A stretch of DNA of 64,000 bases from Vicugna vicugna (GCA_013265495.1 MU057724.1:1875102-1939101); one strand, 5' to 3'. Shown: positions 37,873 through 50,565, counted from the stretch's first letter. Notes: generated by a model not told the origin, from the sequence alone. Numbers and translations are program-made.

Positions 37873-37934
37873 CTCTCTAAGGAAGCCGCGTTTCTAAGAC
37901 TGCTCTCTAAGGAAGCCGCGTTTCTAAGACTGCT
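37873..37934 (+). repeat. Perfect 30-bp tandem duplication
   Basis: ctctctaaggaagccgcgtttctaagactg at 37873-37902 and 37903-37932. Confidence 0.97.
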
Positions 37935-38469
37935 TCCCCCGGAGGCCGAGTGAGGGTCAGCGCCACCCCTCGGCGTCCCCAGGTCTGGAGCGTGAGCAGC
38001 CCGCCCTCCCAGCTAAGAGCCCCGCCTTTCACAGTGAGTGTCTGCATGGGGCCGGGAGCCGTACTGGGGCGGGAAGGGCCTCTGTCCTGTGTGTTTGCGG
38101 GTTATGTAAATGCCCGAGTGTAGCAGATCTCAGGGCGCTCACTGAACCCTGGACGGCAAACATTAAACGTGATCTTCAGATCTGCATTTGCCCTAGGATC
38201 CAGAAGGAATTTTCCATCATTTTCTTTACGTGTCTAGTACATTAATATTTCCTTTATGTTAATATGCAGGTTGATTAATCTTGTTATCTTCATTTAATGT
38301 CCTAAGGAGCCAGGTGAGACGATGTTGCGATTTTAACGATCGCGGGCAGAAAGTACACCTGAGGGTCACTCGGGACGCGCCATCGCTTTCGAGGCATTTT
38401 GCCAAAAGAGCCTGGAGTTAATTAATTAATACTGGGAAGTCCCCTGCCGGTCCAGCTTTGAGAGGAGAA

Positions 38470-39260
38470 AAAAGTAATGGGAGTCTTCCCGGCCGTCGGC
38501 CAGCACACCTCTTCTGGGAGAATTAAAAGCCGACTCGGAACCCTGATACCAGGCGTCCTTTTTCAAGGAGCAGCTACTACAGAGCCACCGCGGGGGACAA
38601 ATGCAGCGCGCGGCGCGCAGGGCCGCCTTGCCTCGGCGTGCGGGGTCCGTGTCAATCTCTCTCATAAAGCAAGTCACCTTGGGGGCTGCGCTGCAGTTTG
38701 TGCTGGTTCAGCACAGCTTGGGTGGGCGGCGATGTCACTCTCGGGCGGGCCTCGTGCTCACCTGGCAGGTAACTCCTGGGCCGGGGAGCGCGCAGCCGGC
38801 CTTCACCGCAGGGCGCATGCGCGTGGCATCAGCAGCTGCTCAAAAACTGGGGACGCTGAGTGGTGAGGGGTCCTCACCTGCGTCTTCTAACCGCGGTGCG
38901 GGCTGTGTCTCCGCCGAGACCACGAGAGAGCCACGGAGACACAGAGAGAGGCAGGCCAGGGGGGCAGGAAGGACCAGAACGGGGGCGGGGAGCCGGCGCC
39001 TCCTGGCTGGCGCATCCTCGCTGCGCTGGCTGCTCCCTGAGACCTGTTTCCCTGGCGGCTGTTGTGCGCAACTGCTCCCTGCCGTCAGCTGACTTGCTTC
39101 CCTCCGGGGGCTCCTCGACCCCTCCGTTCACCAGCCCCCACCCCGTCTGAGCCACCTGAGGCGCCCTCCTCGGCCGCAGGAGGGGGTGCACCCCAGCACG
39201 CCGGGTCTGGTCCCCGCCGCGTCCACTGAGGGGCCTGGATGCGGCCCATAAATACACGTC
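38470..39260. promoter_or_regulatory. CpG island / candidate promoter
   Basis: About 0.8 kb of dense CpG with no recognisable repeat. NRF1-type palindrome gcgcatgcgc (38813-38822), GC box gggggcgggg (38981-38990), and minus-strand donor-like sites cag|gtgagg (~38878) and cag|gtgagc (~38761). Confidence 0.6.
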
Positions 39261-39892
39261 TCTCTAGCCGATGTATTTATGTATCAGCTTGCGGGTTTAT
39301 TTGTATTTGTATCCTATGTCTGTATGCTCATTAGCCTCGTGTGTCGTATGTACGTTACATGACACACACGTCTCCTGACTCGCTCTACAGCCCAGGGGAA
39401 TAGACGTGGATTTATTAAGAGGTCACTTCCCAACCTGCACACCCACACACACCTGTGTACACACATACACACACATACTGACACAGCCGACCTTCCTCCA
39501 CCCGGAGGCACAAAGAGAGAGACCTGTATGTTTCAGGGAGGAAGTTGTGTCCACGGGCACAAAGCCTGAACATCGTAGCTCCAGAGCACACTCCGGGAGT
39601 GGGTGAGTGACAGCACATCGTTACACTGACAGCTTCCACCAGATGGTTTACCCGTTCCTTCCTGTGAGATGTGTGTGTGGTCCGTCCGAAGGCACAGGGA
39701 AACCCAGCTCTGGGGTCATGACTGTGTAGTGGACGAGCAGTTGGCTTAAAGCAGTCATTTCAGTGATAATAGTCATAATGGTCAATCTGTTTATATGCAG
39801 CTGGTGCTCAGTAAATATTCTGGGGGGTGGGGAGAAAAGGAAGGGTTCCTCCTCTCACATCCCACACCACCAAAACAGAGCTCTGATAAGTA

Positions 39893-40017
39893 ATATATAT
39901 GCGTATAACTCAATCACCATGCTGCAGCCCAGAAACTAGCACAACACTGTAAATCAACTGTAGTTCAATGAAAAAATTACAATTAGAAAACTAAAATTTT
40001 AAAAAGCAGAAAAAAGA
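39893..40017 (+). mobile_element. Very short young L1 3' end
   Basis: tataactcaatcaccatgctgcagcccagaaactagcacaacactgtaaatcaactgtagttcaat plus an A-rich tail, homologous to 6550-6637. Confidence 0.85.
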
Positions 40018-40614
40018 ACACTATCTTAAAAGGGCCATTTAAAGAACAAAAAGAGTTCCTCATAATTAAAAATATCACAGCATAAATTTTACATTCAGTA
40101 AAAATATTGGAAGATGAAAAAATATACATATGCATATAAAATGTGTAACAAATGCGTATAACAAATACAACAACATGAGTTGTTTTCCATTATAAAGTAC
40201 AGTTACTCATTGTTATGTGTTAAAAATTAAATATGTATCAGGCAATCTAAACAGTAATCAAAATAGATTTACTATTGTGGAGAAACATTTCTCATAGGGC
40301 AGAAATATTTAATTGATGGACTTCATTTTGATTGTGGGTCTGAATTTGTACTGCCTTGATGTAACTTTTTCTTTTTTCATTTCTAAGAACTGTGATTACA
40401 AAATTTTCTCTGAGACATCTTGAAATCCCTAAACTTTACTCAGTGTTTCTTTCCACCTTTAACTTGAGAAGAGAATTTTCTTAGGACAAAAGCACCCACT
40501 CGGACCTAGAACTCATGCATGCTTCCAGAGACTGGAAGGCACGGCTAAGACACTGCCTCCATTTCACCAAGGAGCAACCAGTGTGCCTTATGCTTTTTAA
40601 GCCAACATTCAGTA

Positions 40615-40790
40615 GACCCTCCAACGTGCTAGAACGCGTCATTCAACCATGCTACAGGACCTGCGTATTACCTCCACTTTGCAGACGAGGACGCTGGTTC
40701 TGGGCTAGGCTGGGAAAGCTGTCCCCAAACCCAGAGCATGTGAACAGCCGAGGGGGAATCAGGTTCTCCAGCCCAAGCTCTCATCCACCG
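40615..40790 (-). mobile_element. MIR relic
   Basis: attacctccactttgcagacgaggacgctgg is the reversed MIR core. Confidence 0.6.
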
Positions 40791-42899
40791 ATCCTTTCCC
40801 ACCTGCTCAGAGAGAATCAGCTGTGCTCTGAGCGCACCAGGCACTGTGAAGTGAGACGCGTATTTTGAGGTTTTAAACAGGAAATTCTTCCAGTGAGCGT
40901 CTCCTAAACGTTTCTCCAGGGAAAGTTTGCTGCATTTTCTTGTGTAACTCATCATTCTACCAGAACAAGACTTGCTTGGCATTTTCTATTAAGAAAAAGA
41001 AAAAAGATGTTGAAGAGAAAAGACAAGTGGCTGAGAGGACCCCACTGAGAACTCTTTAAAGGAAGCGACCCACTCGGTGGGGGTGCCTGTGTCAGACTCA
41101 TTTCTCAGCCAGGAAGCCACCAGGCTGAATAGACAGGTTGTAGTTTCGGCTGAAAGGAGACAGAAGATGATTTCAAGGAAAAGAATGCTGAGAACAATAG
41201 GCGTCTTGAAAAGAGCAAATGATGGAAAAAAGACAATGTCAAAGTGAAGTCAGAGGGAAATTTGGGGGGAGGAGAAAAACAGAAGCTGCAGACAAGAAAG
41301 ACAGCTTCCAGAAGAGACAGAGGAACACACCTCTCCTCGTTCTTTCTTTGCATTTTTATAAACTTTGAACCTGCGGTCACTTTCACTGACAAATACCACG
41401 CACAATATGGAAACCTTCAGTCCCGGGGGAAGACGACCTTCCTGTTCCTGAAACTTGGCCACAGCAGACAGAGTATCTTGTTCTAGGCGTATGGGGTATT
41501 GATAACTGCATTCATTATCATTTTTACCAGCACAAATACACAAGTTTCTGCAACGCCTCCAAGGAAGCCAAGGGCCTCCATGTCTGTACAAGGGAGTCAT
41601 TTTGGGAGACTGGGTCACTCTGTCCCAGGAGGAACCCTTGTCAGCTACAAGGTACCTTTTTAGGCCATCTGCCCTCCCGTGCAGGACAATAAGATTGCAC
41701 TTAGATGGCCCGACTCTTGTACCTTTCACATTTTATTTTATATTCTCTGCAAAATATTTGATGTCACAGAATACCTGGGTTCATTGAAACAACTTGAATC
41801 CTTCTTCCACACTTTAGTGAACCATACTTAGGTTATCTCCCCCACTTCGTTCCTTTTCTGATATAATAAATGCATAGATAAACACATTTTCACTAAGAAA
41901 CATCACGTTTGACAAACTCTACTTTCTAATTTTCCTTTGTTTCAGTTGATGATATGACTTAAACAACAGGGAAAAATATTACTTCCCGTGATTCACAATT
42001 TCTTGGAAGTGCATTTTTGACCAAACAGAAAAGCACCCATGTGTACAGCTTACGTACGGTTTGGGACGCTCACAGAAAGATCATTCTCCCAGGTTCTAGA
42101 AACCTGGACCGTGGGATTGCATTACTAGAGAATCTAAATTCAATCAATAATATATAGACAAATACTGGATTTGGATTTGGTTCCATTTTTCCTGGTCTGC
42201 GGGACATCCTTCCAGGAAATCATCTTGCCTCATTTTGAGAATCTGTTAAAATTTGTCCCCAGGCAATGAGGCCTAAAGGAACCCTAGGACTTTTCCAAAG
42301 ACAGCTGTGAAAAAATGCGTTTTCCCAGAGCTGCCCCTTGCTCTGTATTTCCCTGTGCTGACTGTTACAACCACAGTCTCCATCCAACCAGCTCCCGTGC
42401 TTCCTGTTCCTGGCTCCCCTTGACAGCCTCTGACAACTCAGGAGCCCTGCGCCCTCCAAATGGCCCACCCACACCCTGACCCGCAGGCCTAGCCCCACCC
42501 TCTGCCCCCACCACCAGCTTCTTCTTTCAGAGAAGTTAAACTGTGGCCACAACTTGTTGGATAAAGAACAAAATTACAGTACTTGCAAAGAATACCTTGC
42601 AAATGGAACAGGAGATCTCAAATTTCTTTTTTTTTTGACTCAACACTATAAAATTTTATTTCTAGAGTTCTACGTTATTTTATTAATTTTTTTCCCACTG
42701 AGTGATACAGACATCCGCTGTCTCACACCTCCTGGTCATCACCTGGTTGCCTAAAAGGGACCCTAAACTTACTACACCTAAAATGGAATGCAAGTCCACT
42801 ATCCAAAACAAAACAATTTTAAAAATAGTTCTTTTTTCAAGGTTCTAGGCTCCAGGCAACAGCACAGCCATTCTGAAACTCAGGAATCTTCTATGGCGT

Positions 42900-43230
42900 A
42901 TCCCTTCCTGCCATCAACCTAGCCTGTCACCAATCCTGATATAAATTCCTAAATACTGCTACAAACCTGCCACTTCTCATTTCCCCCGCCTTCTGCTGGG
43001 ACTTCTGAAATCCTCCTGGCCGGTTACACGAAGCTCTGGGCTCCTTCCTTCAATCCATTCCCCACACCACAGCCAGCAAGGTGATCCCGCCAGGACACCT
43101 CTGATTCTGTTACCCCCAGACTTAAACCCTTCAGGGGCCTCCCACCATTGTTCAAATAAGACAGTAGTGCTTCAGCAGTGGCCAGGTCACGTCTGTTAGG
43201 CCCCTCCGTCTCTCCTGCCTCTACTGTCCT
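42900..43230 (+). mobile_element. LINE-2 relic
   Basis: caatccattccccacaccacagccagcaaggtgatc...cttaaacccttcaggggcctccca resembles the L2 ORF2 3' region. Confidence 0.65.
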
Positions 43231-43569
43231 CACATCCCAGACGATGCACTGTCTACCCTCCTCACCATGTTAACATTTATCTCAAGAGTGAGTCACTAGG
43301 AAACAAGAATGCAGCTCATGGACTTTCTCACCAACGTTATACCTTGCTTTTTGGATTATGTAGCTGAAAATCTGACAAAATTCACAGAGCTGTCTCAGGA
43401 GCCAGGTCTGAAAGTTCTGCCTTCCACCATCAGGAGGAAAAGACAGATGACCCAGACTAATGGCCTGAGGGGTAACTGGAGAGGAGAAGGGCTGGAAAAG
43501 CCCTGCGATAAGTTCCCTCTAGTCCCCTATTACACACGTATGCACATAAAGTTCTCATAAAGAAAATAT

Positions 43570-43988
43570 GTGAGCAGGGGGGTCCACTGACACCCAGGGT
43601 TGGACGTGGGCAGTGGGGGTCCGCTGACACCCAGGGTTGGACGTGGGCAGTGGGGGTCCGCTGACACCCAGGGCTGGGCGTGAGCAGGGGGGGTCCGCTG
43701 ACACGCAGGGCTGGACGTGAGCTGAGGGGATCCGCTGACACCCAGTCCACTGACACCCAGGGCTGGACGTGGGCAGTGTGGGTCCGCTGACACCCAGGGT
43801 TGGACGTGGGCAGTGGGGGTCCACTGACACCCAGGGCTGGGCGTGAGCGGGGGGGGTCCGCTGACACGCAGGGCTGGACGTGAGCTGAGGGGATCCGCTG
43901 ACACCCAGGGTTGGATGTGGGCAGTGGGGGTCCGCTGACACCCAGGGCTGGACGTGAGCGGGGGGGGTCCGCTGACACCCAGGGTTGA
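43570..43988 (+). repeat. GC-rich minisatellite (VNTR), 11 units of ~37 bp
   Basis: Consensus gtg(g/a)gcagtgggggtccgctgacacccaggg(t/c)tggac. Unit starts at 43570, 43606, 43643, 43680, 43717, 43769, 43806, 43843, 43880, 43917 and 43954. Confidence 0.98.
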
Positions 43989-45331
43989 GACATTCTTCTA
44001 GGAAGCCATCTTGCCTCATTTTAAGAGTCTGCCCCTTACCTAGTCTCTGCCACAATCCACTGTTGTGCCTAAGATTTTTTTCCTGCTTTTCAAATACCTT
44101 CTTTTCATAGGATTTTGACACAAGGCAGGGCAGCCAGTTTAGAACAGGTCAGTCAGGGCGATCAGACTAACATACACTCTCGTGGACTCACGTCACTGAA
44201 ATGTGGGGAAGTCATTTTCAGAAACCACTTTATTCCAAACCTTTCAGAACCCAGTAAAGATGTTTGTTTTTCAAAAGGTGGCTTAATGATCATTCTCTCT
44301 GACATTAAACGATGGAAAGTCAACAGTGTGACATTTGCCATAAGAAAAACAGCAAGATGGGGCTGAGAAACACAGTAACAAGAGCTGCCCTGCAGCAGCC
44401 AGGAAGTCTGGGCTGATTCCTCGGTGCAATTTGTTTCTTTTCGTCTGGCAAAGGTTTTGGCTTCGGTTCCGTGTTCTTTGATTATTATTATGCCTGTCTA
44501 CTAGTGGAAACTGCAAGTCCTCTTTCTGTCTCTCCACCCGGAAGACAAAAATCTGCTTTGAAGGCACGCGGGTTTGGAAGAAAACCGTCCCAGCACTGAC
44601 TTTGAAGACGCGGAGGCTCTTGCTCCCCTTCAGCCCGTTCACCAGACGGTTGCCGCGTGACCGCGTCTCCCCACCCGGGCAGCAAAGACCCCAGTGGGCA
44701 GTTCAAGGGGCAGAGACGGAACCAGAGACCCATCGTGGGCTCTCCTGGAACCAACCTGTGCAGGGGGAGCTGTCGGCTTTACTGCTGGTGTAGCGGGCGT
44801 CTCACAGAGACCCCAGAGCTTCTCCGTTTGCAGGGGAGCCCTCGCTAAACTCGTCACAGGACCCCCCGGCCTCAGGAATGGTGGGTTACAAACCCTGCTT
44901 CCCCCAGTGGTGGTCTTAAGAACCAGAGCCCCCGAAGAAGTGCTACCAGTTACAGCCTGGAGGGTCTCCTGCTGCTTTTGCTCAAACTTTAAGACCAAAC
45001 TGACCCACGACAATTCTCTGTGCGCTTCATACGTGGTGACCGTGTCGTATCTGTCATCATAAGAACATCTGGACGAACTGGACAGCAACTTGCAAAGGAA
45101 AATGCCATTCCTGGGGGAACACATTTAAAACGTAGAGATGATGGCTACAGCAATGCCAAGGAATGCTCCTTTTTAACAGCGTATCTGGTGCTTCCCAACG
45201 CACAGGGGAAGTCTGTAACCTGCACCTGCAATAGCGTATGAAGGAGCCGCAGCACGGCAGCACTCGGGAAGGGGACGGGGTTTCACGAACTCGGTTACTG
45301 GAACATTCCTTCAGACAGCTAGCTCAGAGAG

Positions 45332-45875
45332 TGGGCTCACTTTCTGTCAGCAGAACAGACCAACGGATCACTGCAACCCAGCCGCCTCCAACAGTGTGCG
45401 CTGACGAGCTCTCGGTTCTCCCGGCCGAGTTCACGCACAGGACGACTGCGTCTCCACTCAGGGTCTCACGAGAGCGAACCAAGGCCCGGGCAGGACCGGG
45501 CACGCCTGGGACCAGAGCCTCCTCCGGGCTCGCCCACCTTGCGGCAGGACGCAGTCCCTGCGGCTGTGGGACTGCGGCCCCTGGTCCTTCGCTGGCTGTC
45601 GGCCTCTCCAGGCCATTCCTAGTTCCCTCCACGTGGCTCCACCAGCCTCAAGTCTGGCAGCAGAAGATCTCACACGGGACCCTCTCCTGCTGCTCTGGCC
45701 TCTAGGCCAGATGTAAAGCGCTCAGGGGACCAGCTCGGGCTCACTGAGGACTGCTCCCATCTCAAGGTCCCCTGTGACATGTAACAGATCCTGCTCGCGG
45801 GAACGTGCTCCATCCGGGTCACAGGCCCAGGGGCGCAGGCTGTGGAGAGGGGCCGTTTGAGAGTCTCCCTCCACG
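45332..45875 (-). mobile_element. MaLR LTR (MLT1E-like), GC-shifted
   Basis: cagtccctgcggctgtgggactgcggcccc...ttcgctggctgtcggc...ccacgtggctcc...ctcccatctcaaggtc...tgtgacatgtaaca follows the reversed MLT1E-family layout as recalled. Confidence 0.65.
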
Positions 45876-45889
45876 TGAAGGTTTGAAAT

Positions 45890-46480
45890 CTACCCCCGAG
45901 CTCCCACGTCCACGTTCACCTGCCGGCTTTCCCCCCAGGCGTCTGGGCTCCAGGGCAGCCCAGTGGGGGGCGCTGGGCTGAGGACAGTGGGCCGGGGCCC
46001 CCGGGGGCTGCCCCGCTCCGCCCCCCACCACGGAGGGCCCCCCGCCCAGCTCGGGAAGCCGGCCCGCGCGCAGGTCACGTGAGGCTGTGCTCCGCTGGCG
46101 CGCTCCTCCCCCGCCGCCGCTTCCCTCGTTCTATTTCGGGTGCCTGGATGTCACTCATTTGTGCGGATCTTTCCACACCTTTAATTGCTCTTCGCTTCCC
46201 ACGCCTATTAAGTTTTCTCACCCTTTGATATTGGCATTAGGAACATTTGAGATAATTTGCCAAACAGTGTTTTCCCACTGCTGTTTTCTGTAAGTCGCAC
46301 TGCTTTGCCTTTAACCCTGTGTTAATTCTGCTGCGGAGCGTTCGGCTGCACGGAGCGAGGTGATTCTACCAAGGAGACGGAGGCCTCCTCCGATCGGAAG
46401 CCTTACCTGTTCTTTCGGCTAGTAACTCAGAGGAGAGGCAATTCAATCTCGCAAAGTTGCTTTGAAACACAGAAGTTGAT
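45890..46480. promoter_or_regulatory. CpG-rich patch with adjacent motif-dense unique sequence (candidate promoter/enhancer)
   Basis: CTCF-like ccagtggggggcgc (45960-45973), bHLH-ZIP E-box gtcacgtga (46074-46082), GC boxes and TCF/LEF-like cctttgat (~46222). Confidence 0.45.
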
Positions 46481-48028
46481 TTTACACGATTCCATCTCCT
46501 GACACACAGCCGGGGGGGGGTCTATCCCCCAGGCCCGGAGCACCATTCTCCTCGCTGAAGCGCAGAATGATTACCACCAGCACTAGAACCGCGTCTTCAA
46601 ATCCCGACATTTCACGGGTATCTTTTCGGGATGTTCCGGAGGCCGGACCTGTTTCCGACTTGTGTGAGTAAACAGAGCTCCTCACTCCTTCCCCGGGTCC
46701 TCACCCGCTGGGGCACGGGGCGCGGGTCCCGCCCCCAAAGAGCAGAGACCACATCCCCAGCGAGGACGAGAGCAGCTTCCCAGGTTCCAGAAAGCCTGCC
46801 GCCCCTTTCAGCACGTCTGCGACCTTGGGGATCAGCCGACGGGGTTCCACTCCTACCCGTGAGCGGCAGGAGCGGACTTTCACACTGATTCTCCAGCAGC
46901 GCTGCCGCTCCAGCCCTGCCCCATCACCCGTGCCCCGCCCCCGCCCACACAGTGGGACCCACTTCTTCAGACGCACCCTGGTGCCCTCTAGACCGAGAAG
47001 GACGCGGGTTTCTCTCCGCTTTGTTCTAACGCACAGCTTAAAGGCGTCTCCCTGGTTGTCGCTGGACTCAGCTGTGAAGGAGGACTGGAAAACACGAAGG
47101 GCTCCAGCGTGAACCTTGGAAGCGGTTAGACGGGGAAGTTCTGAGGAGCGCCCCGCGGAAGAAGCTGAAGACGGAGCACTCCGAGACCGCCTTCCCACAC
47201 TTACAGTAAGCACAGCTGAAAAGAAGACTCCTTGGAGTCCGGCAGCCAAAAGTGTAAAAACATAAGCGTGTATGGGACCAGCAGGTGCCCCCAGTCACGC
47301 TAAACAAGGTGGAAGGCCGCTCCCTCCCACCCCCCACTCAAGCTCACCCACCAGCATGCGTGCAAGGATGCAGTTTACACAGACATCGTCAGTTTATCCA
47401 CAAGTGAATTGAAATCACCCCAGCCAAGAAAGTGTGGGGTTTTTTGTTTTTACTTCACAGACACACAGAAGGAGAGGAGTCAGGTCACCAGGACGAGCTG
47501 TCTGTGAGCTGAAAAGGATGCAAATAATAAGGTTCGACTTTTTAGGATACAGACTAAAATACTTAAAAGCGTGTGGAGACTCTGAGATCGTCTTCTCCTC
47601 TCCCCGTGGGAGGCAGAGCAGTGACCTCCTAAGATGTCCGGGTCCTGGCCCCCAGGCCCCGGGAACACGCTGCCTCACTCGGCAAAGGGGAATTGGGTTG
47701 TGGGTGGAACTACACTTGCTCCTCGGTGGCCCTGGAGGTGGGGGAGTAGCCTGGCTTATCCAGGGGGCCGATATAATCCACATAGAAGTGGAAGAGGGGG
47801 CCGCAGGGGCAACATTTAGATGCGTGCTCAGATCTTCTGGTTGTTCCCCAAAAGTCCGTGGGAGAATTCCGCTGTGGGTGAGAACAGAGCCTCGGCGGTG
47901 CTCCCTGACCTTCACCCTAAGGGGTTACTGAGATTCTGCTCCTCCCACCCATCCCTGTGGCTCCACCAAGACCCAGGGCTCTCGGCCGGCCCCTGGGTCC
48001 CAGCTCAGCCCCAGGGGCTCCCAGTTCT

Positions 48029-48043
48029 GCCGCCACCTGGCGG
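48029..48043 (-). promoter_or_regulatory. CTCF core motif match
   Basis: Reverse complement CCGCCAGGTGGCGGC is close to the CTCF core CC(A/G)(C/G)(C/T)AG(A/G)(G/T)GGC(A/G). Motif match only. Confidence 0.45.
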
Positions 48044-50349
48044 GACGAAGGGCGTCCCCTGATGAGCTGCAAGAGTACCCGTCCTCCTTTCACTTAAGCA
48101 AACAGCTTTCCAGGGAGCACCTTGAAATGCGTTGTACTCAGAGCCAGAAAGGAAAACAGGTGGCATTCATGGGAGGGTTCCAGAACAAAGAGGAAGCAGA
48201 GAGAGAGGGACTTCAGGATCTTGCGTGGGATTTCATATAGCTCTCACCCCCCACCCCAGAGAGTACAGAACAGTCTAGGAGACCAACAGCAGTCGTCAGA
48301 GGGCAGTTAAGGTCTTCTGTTTATTCATTCGACCAACGTTTACGGAGTGCTTCCGATGTCCCAGGCCTCCCTGAGGATGAGATCATGGGTTTTACTATAT
48401 TACGCTGTAGAATCTCCCTCGGAAGTGACATTTCCAGACCCCCTTCCACGAGTCAGCCGGCTTTGGCTGTGCCTCTGAAGCTTCCCGGGCGCTGCTGCGA
48501 GACAGACCGATGCGCCCAGGACTCTGCATCTCTCAAGGGCTCTGAGGCGTGGGAGCTGCTGGCCCGGGGACCATGTTTTGAACAGTAAAGACCTAGAACC
48601 CAGGACTCATGGCCTGTTTTATGTACCTCATCTCACGACTGTTCTCCTGAGAACATTTATGAAGCCACTGAGAAGGGCCATTTTCCCAGTCACTACATGG
48701 CGCAGGGCACTGCAGGTGTTGGATGCTGACCTCTGTGAGTGTCATAACAAAGGGACAGTCAAGCTAAAGGACGAGGTGTATTTCCATCTTCACGGGTGGG
48801 AGAGGATGCGGATGAGGGGGCCAGCTGGAACACGCCCTCCGTTCATCAGGCAGTGACTCACAGAGAAGCACATCGGAGCCGGGCTCCGACGGAGCAGCAG
48901 GTGCCCCACTTGTCAACGGGACACAGGGAGGGGTGGGAGGCGGGAGATCTGCTCCCAGAGAAGGAAAGCTCTCGAGCCAGGGCAGAGGTGGGGCATGGGC
49001 GGGAGGCCAAGCGTGCAGAAAGAAACCAGGCCGCTACTAACCTGCCCACCAGACAACGCGCTCCGGGAACGCCAGGTTTTACTACCGGGTTTTAGCAGCG
49101 CGGCCAGTGCCCGGAACAGCTCCCAGATGCGCAGTTCAGGACCACACTCCTGTCTCTCCGTCCTGTTTTATTGGAGGCGATCGTATCTTTTACTCACAGA
49201 GCTGGGGAAGACGTCCTTGAACGTACCAGCCATAGACATTTCCATCATTAAAGCCTGATTATAAAATCTCCCCTAAGGGCCAGCGGGAGGGACCGTGCTG
49301 GCTTTATAAAGGTCCCACTAGTCCTGGGAGCAAAGTCGTCCCGGCTGAAACCCAAATCCCAGACACACGGCGGAACCATCATGGGCAGCCAAGGACCGAA
49401 GGACGGAGCGGCAGTGACCTTCCACGCAGCCATTTGCAAGTGGACTAAAGGTATCGCAAAGGATTAAAATTACAGCTGTGAGTCAACGTTTCAGAGACGA
49501 CATTTCAGATTCCCACACGGTGAGAAGTCAAGCAGAAGTGAGATCACCTATTTCATAAAGATTTTGGCAAAACATGTCTTGTAAAACCCTGACCCCACAT
49601 CCCTGGAATGCTTTTAAGTGAATTTTAAGGAGCCAACTCTCTTCTCACTTGAAAGTGTTAATATTTCCTTTAATACGTGAAAAGAACTACACCCTGTCGC
49701 GAATGTGGTCTCTCTAGCTCTCACACACGCGCACGGTATGGATGTGCTAATAAAGTGTTTTCAGGGAGCAAAAAAATGACCATTTTATGCAGATGATAAT
49801 GTAACATTTAACCAGTGAAATAATTCCCTCGTTTATTACAATGGCTGTAATTACAACGGCCGCATCACCATTAACGCTACATAACAGCCGTGCAGCTATT
49901 AACACGGAGGCACAGAATCAATTTAAATCCAGTCAGAACTTTTGTTATTATCAAAAGTTATTAAGACTCCTTTTAGGTGCAATTTCAAATGCCCCCAAAG
50001 CATTCTAAGTAGTTGGGCCAATTATGAAGGAGTCAGGTAGCATAAAAGAAACCTTGTTTTTTCCCCAAAGCTAATACGGAGTTTTTTCAACAACGTATTA
50101 AGAGTCTCAACTTTTTTTTTTAATGTAGAGAAACGTTAAAATAATTTAACTTTAAACAGGACCCTCGGAGCCTGCCTTACATCTCTGCTGAAACGTCTTA
50201 GATCTGATTAAAACCCCACATAGTAACCGCCACTTCTAACAAAACAGGATTTTAATCAATAACACATCAGAACACCACTTGAAAGTATCAATATTTTGCA
50301 GTTAACAGATATATATTTGACTTTAAAAGTAGAAGGGATTTAATGAATA

Positions 50350-50565
50350 TCAATAAAGCTAGTGATTTTGGAAGGTTTCCCATGTGCCAAGAACCGTGTG
50401 CAGCATTTTCCATTTACTCCGTCGTTTGACTGTACGGTATGTCTGTCTTGTTGTTATTGTTCCCATTTACAAGTGAGAAGCCAAAAATGCTAGAAGGTGG
50501 CGGTTAACAGAATCCGAATTTAAATCACTCTGACTGCAAAGTTTCCGTGCTTAGCTATGTTGCCT
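50350..50565 (-). mobile_element. MIR relic
   Basis: ccatgtgccaagaaccgtgtgc...ttattgttcccatttacaagtgaga...tctgactgcaaagtttccgtgctt. Confidence 0.65.

Noticed and set aside
43570..43988. CRISPR array (37-bp periodicity with a constant tccgctgacacccaggg block)
   Set aside because: The intervening segments are near-identical variants rather than unique spacers, no cas genes are present and the context is mammalian. It is a minisatellite.
43457..44121. Long repetitive ORFs of 124-188 aa in three minus-strand frames
   Set aside because: They are a by-product of a stop-free GC-rich tandem repeat with a unit length not divisible by three.
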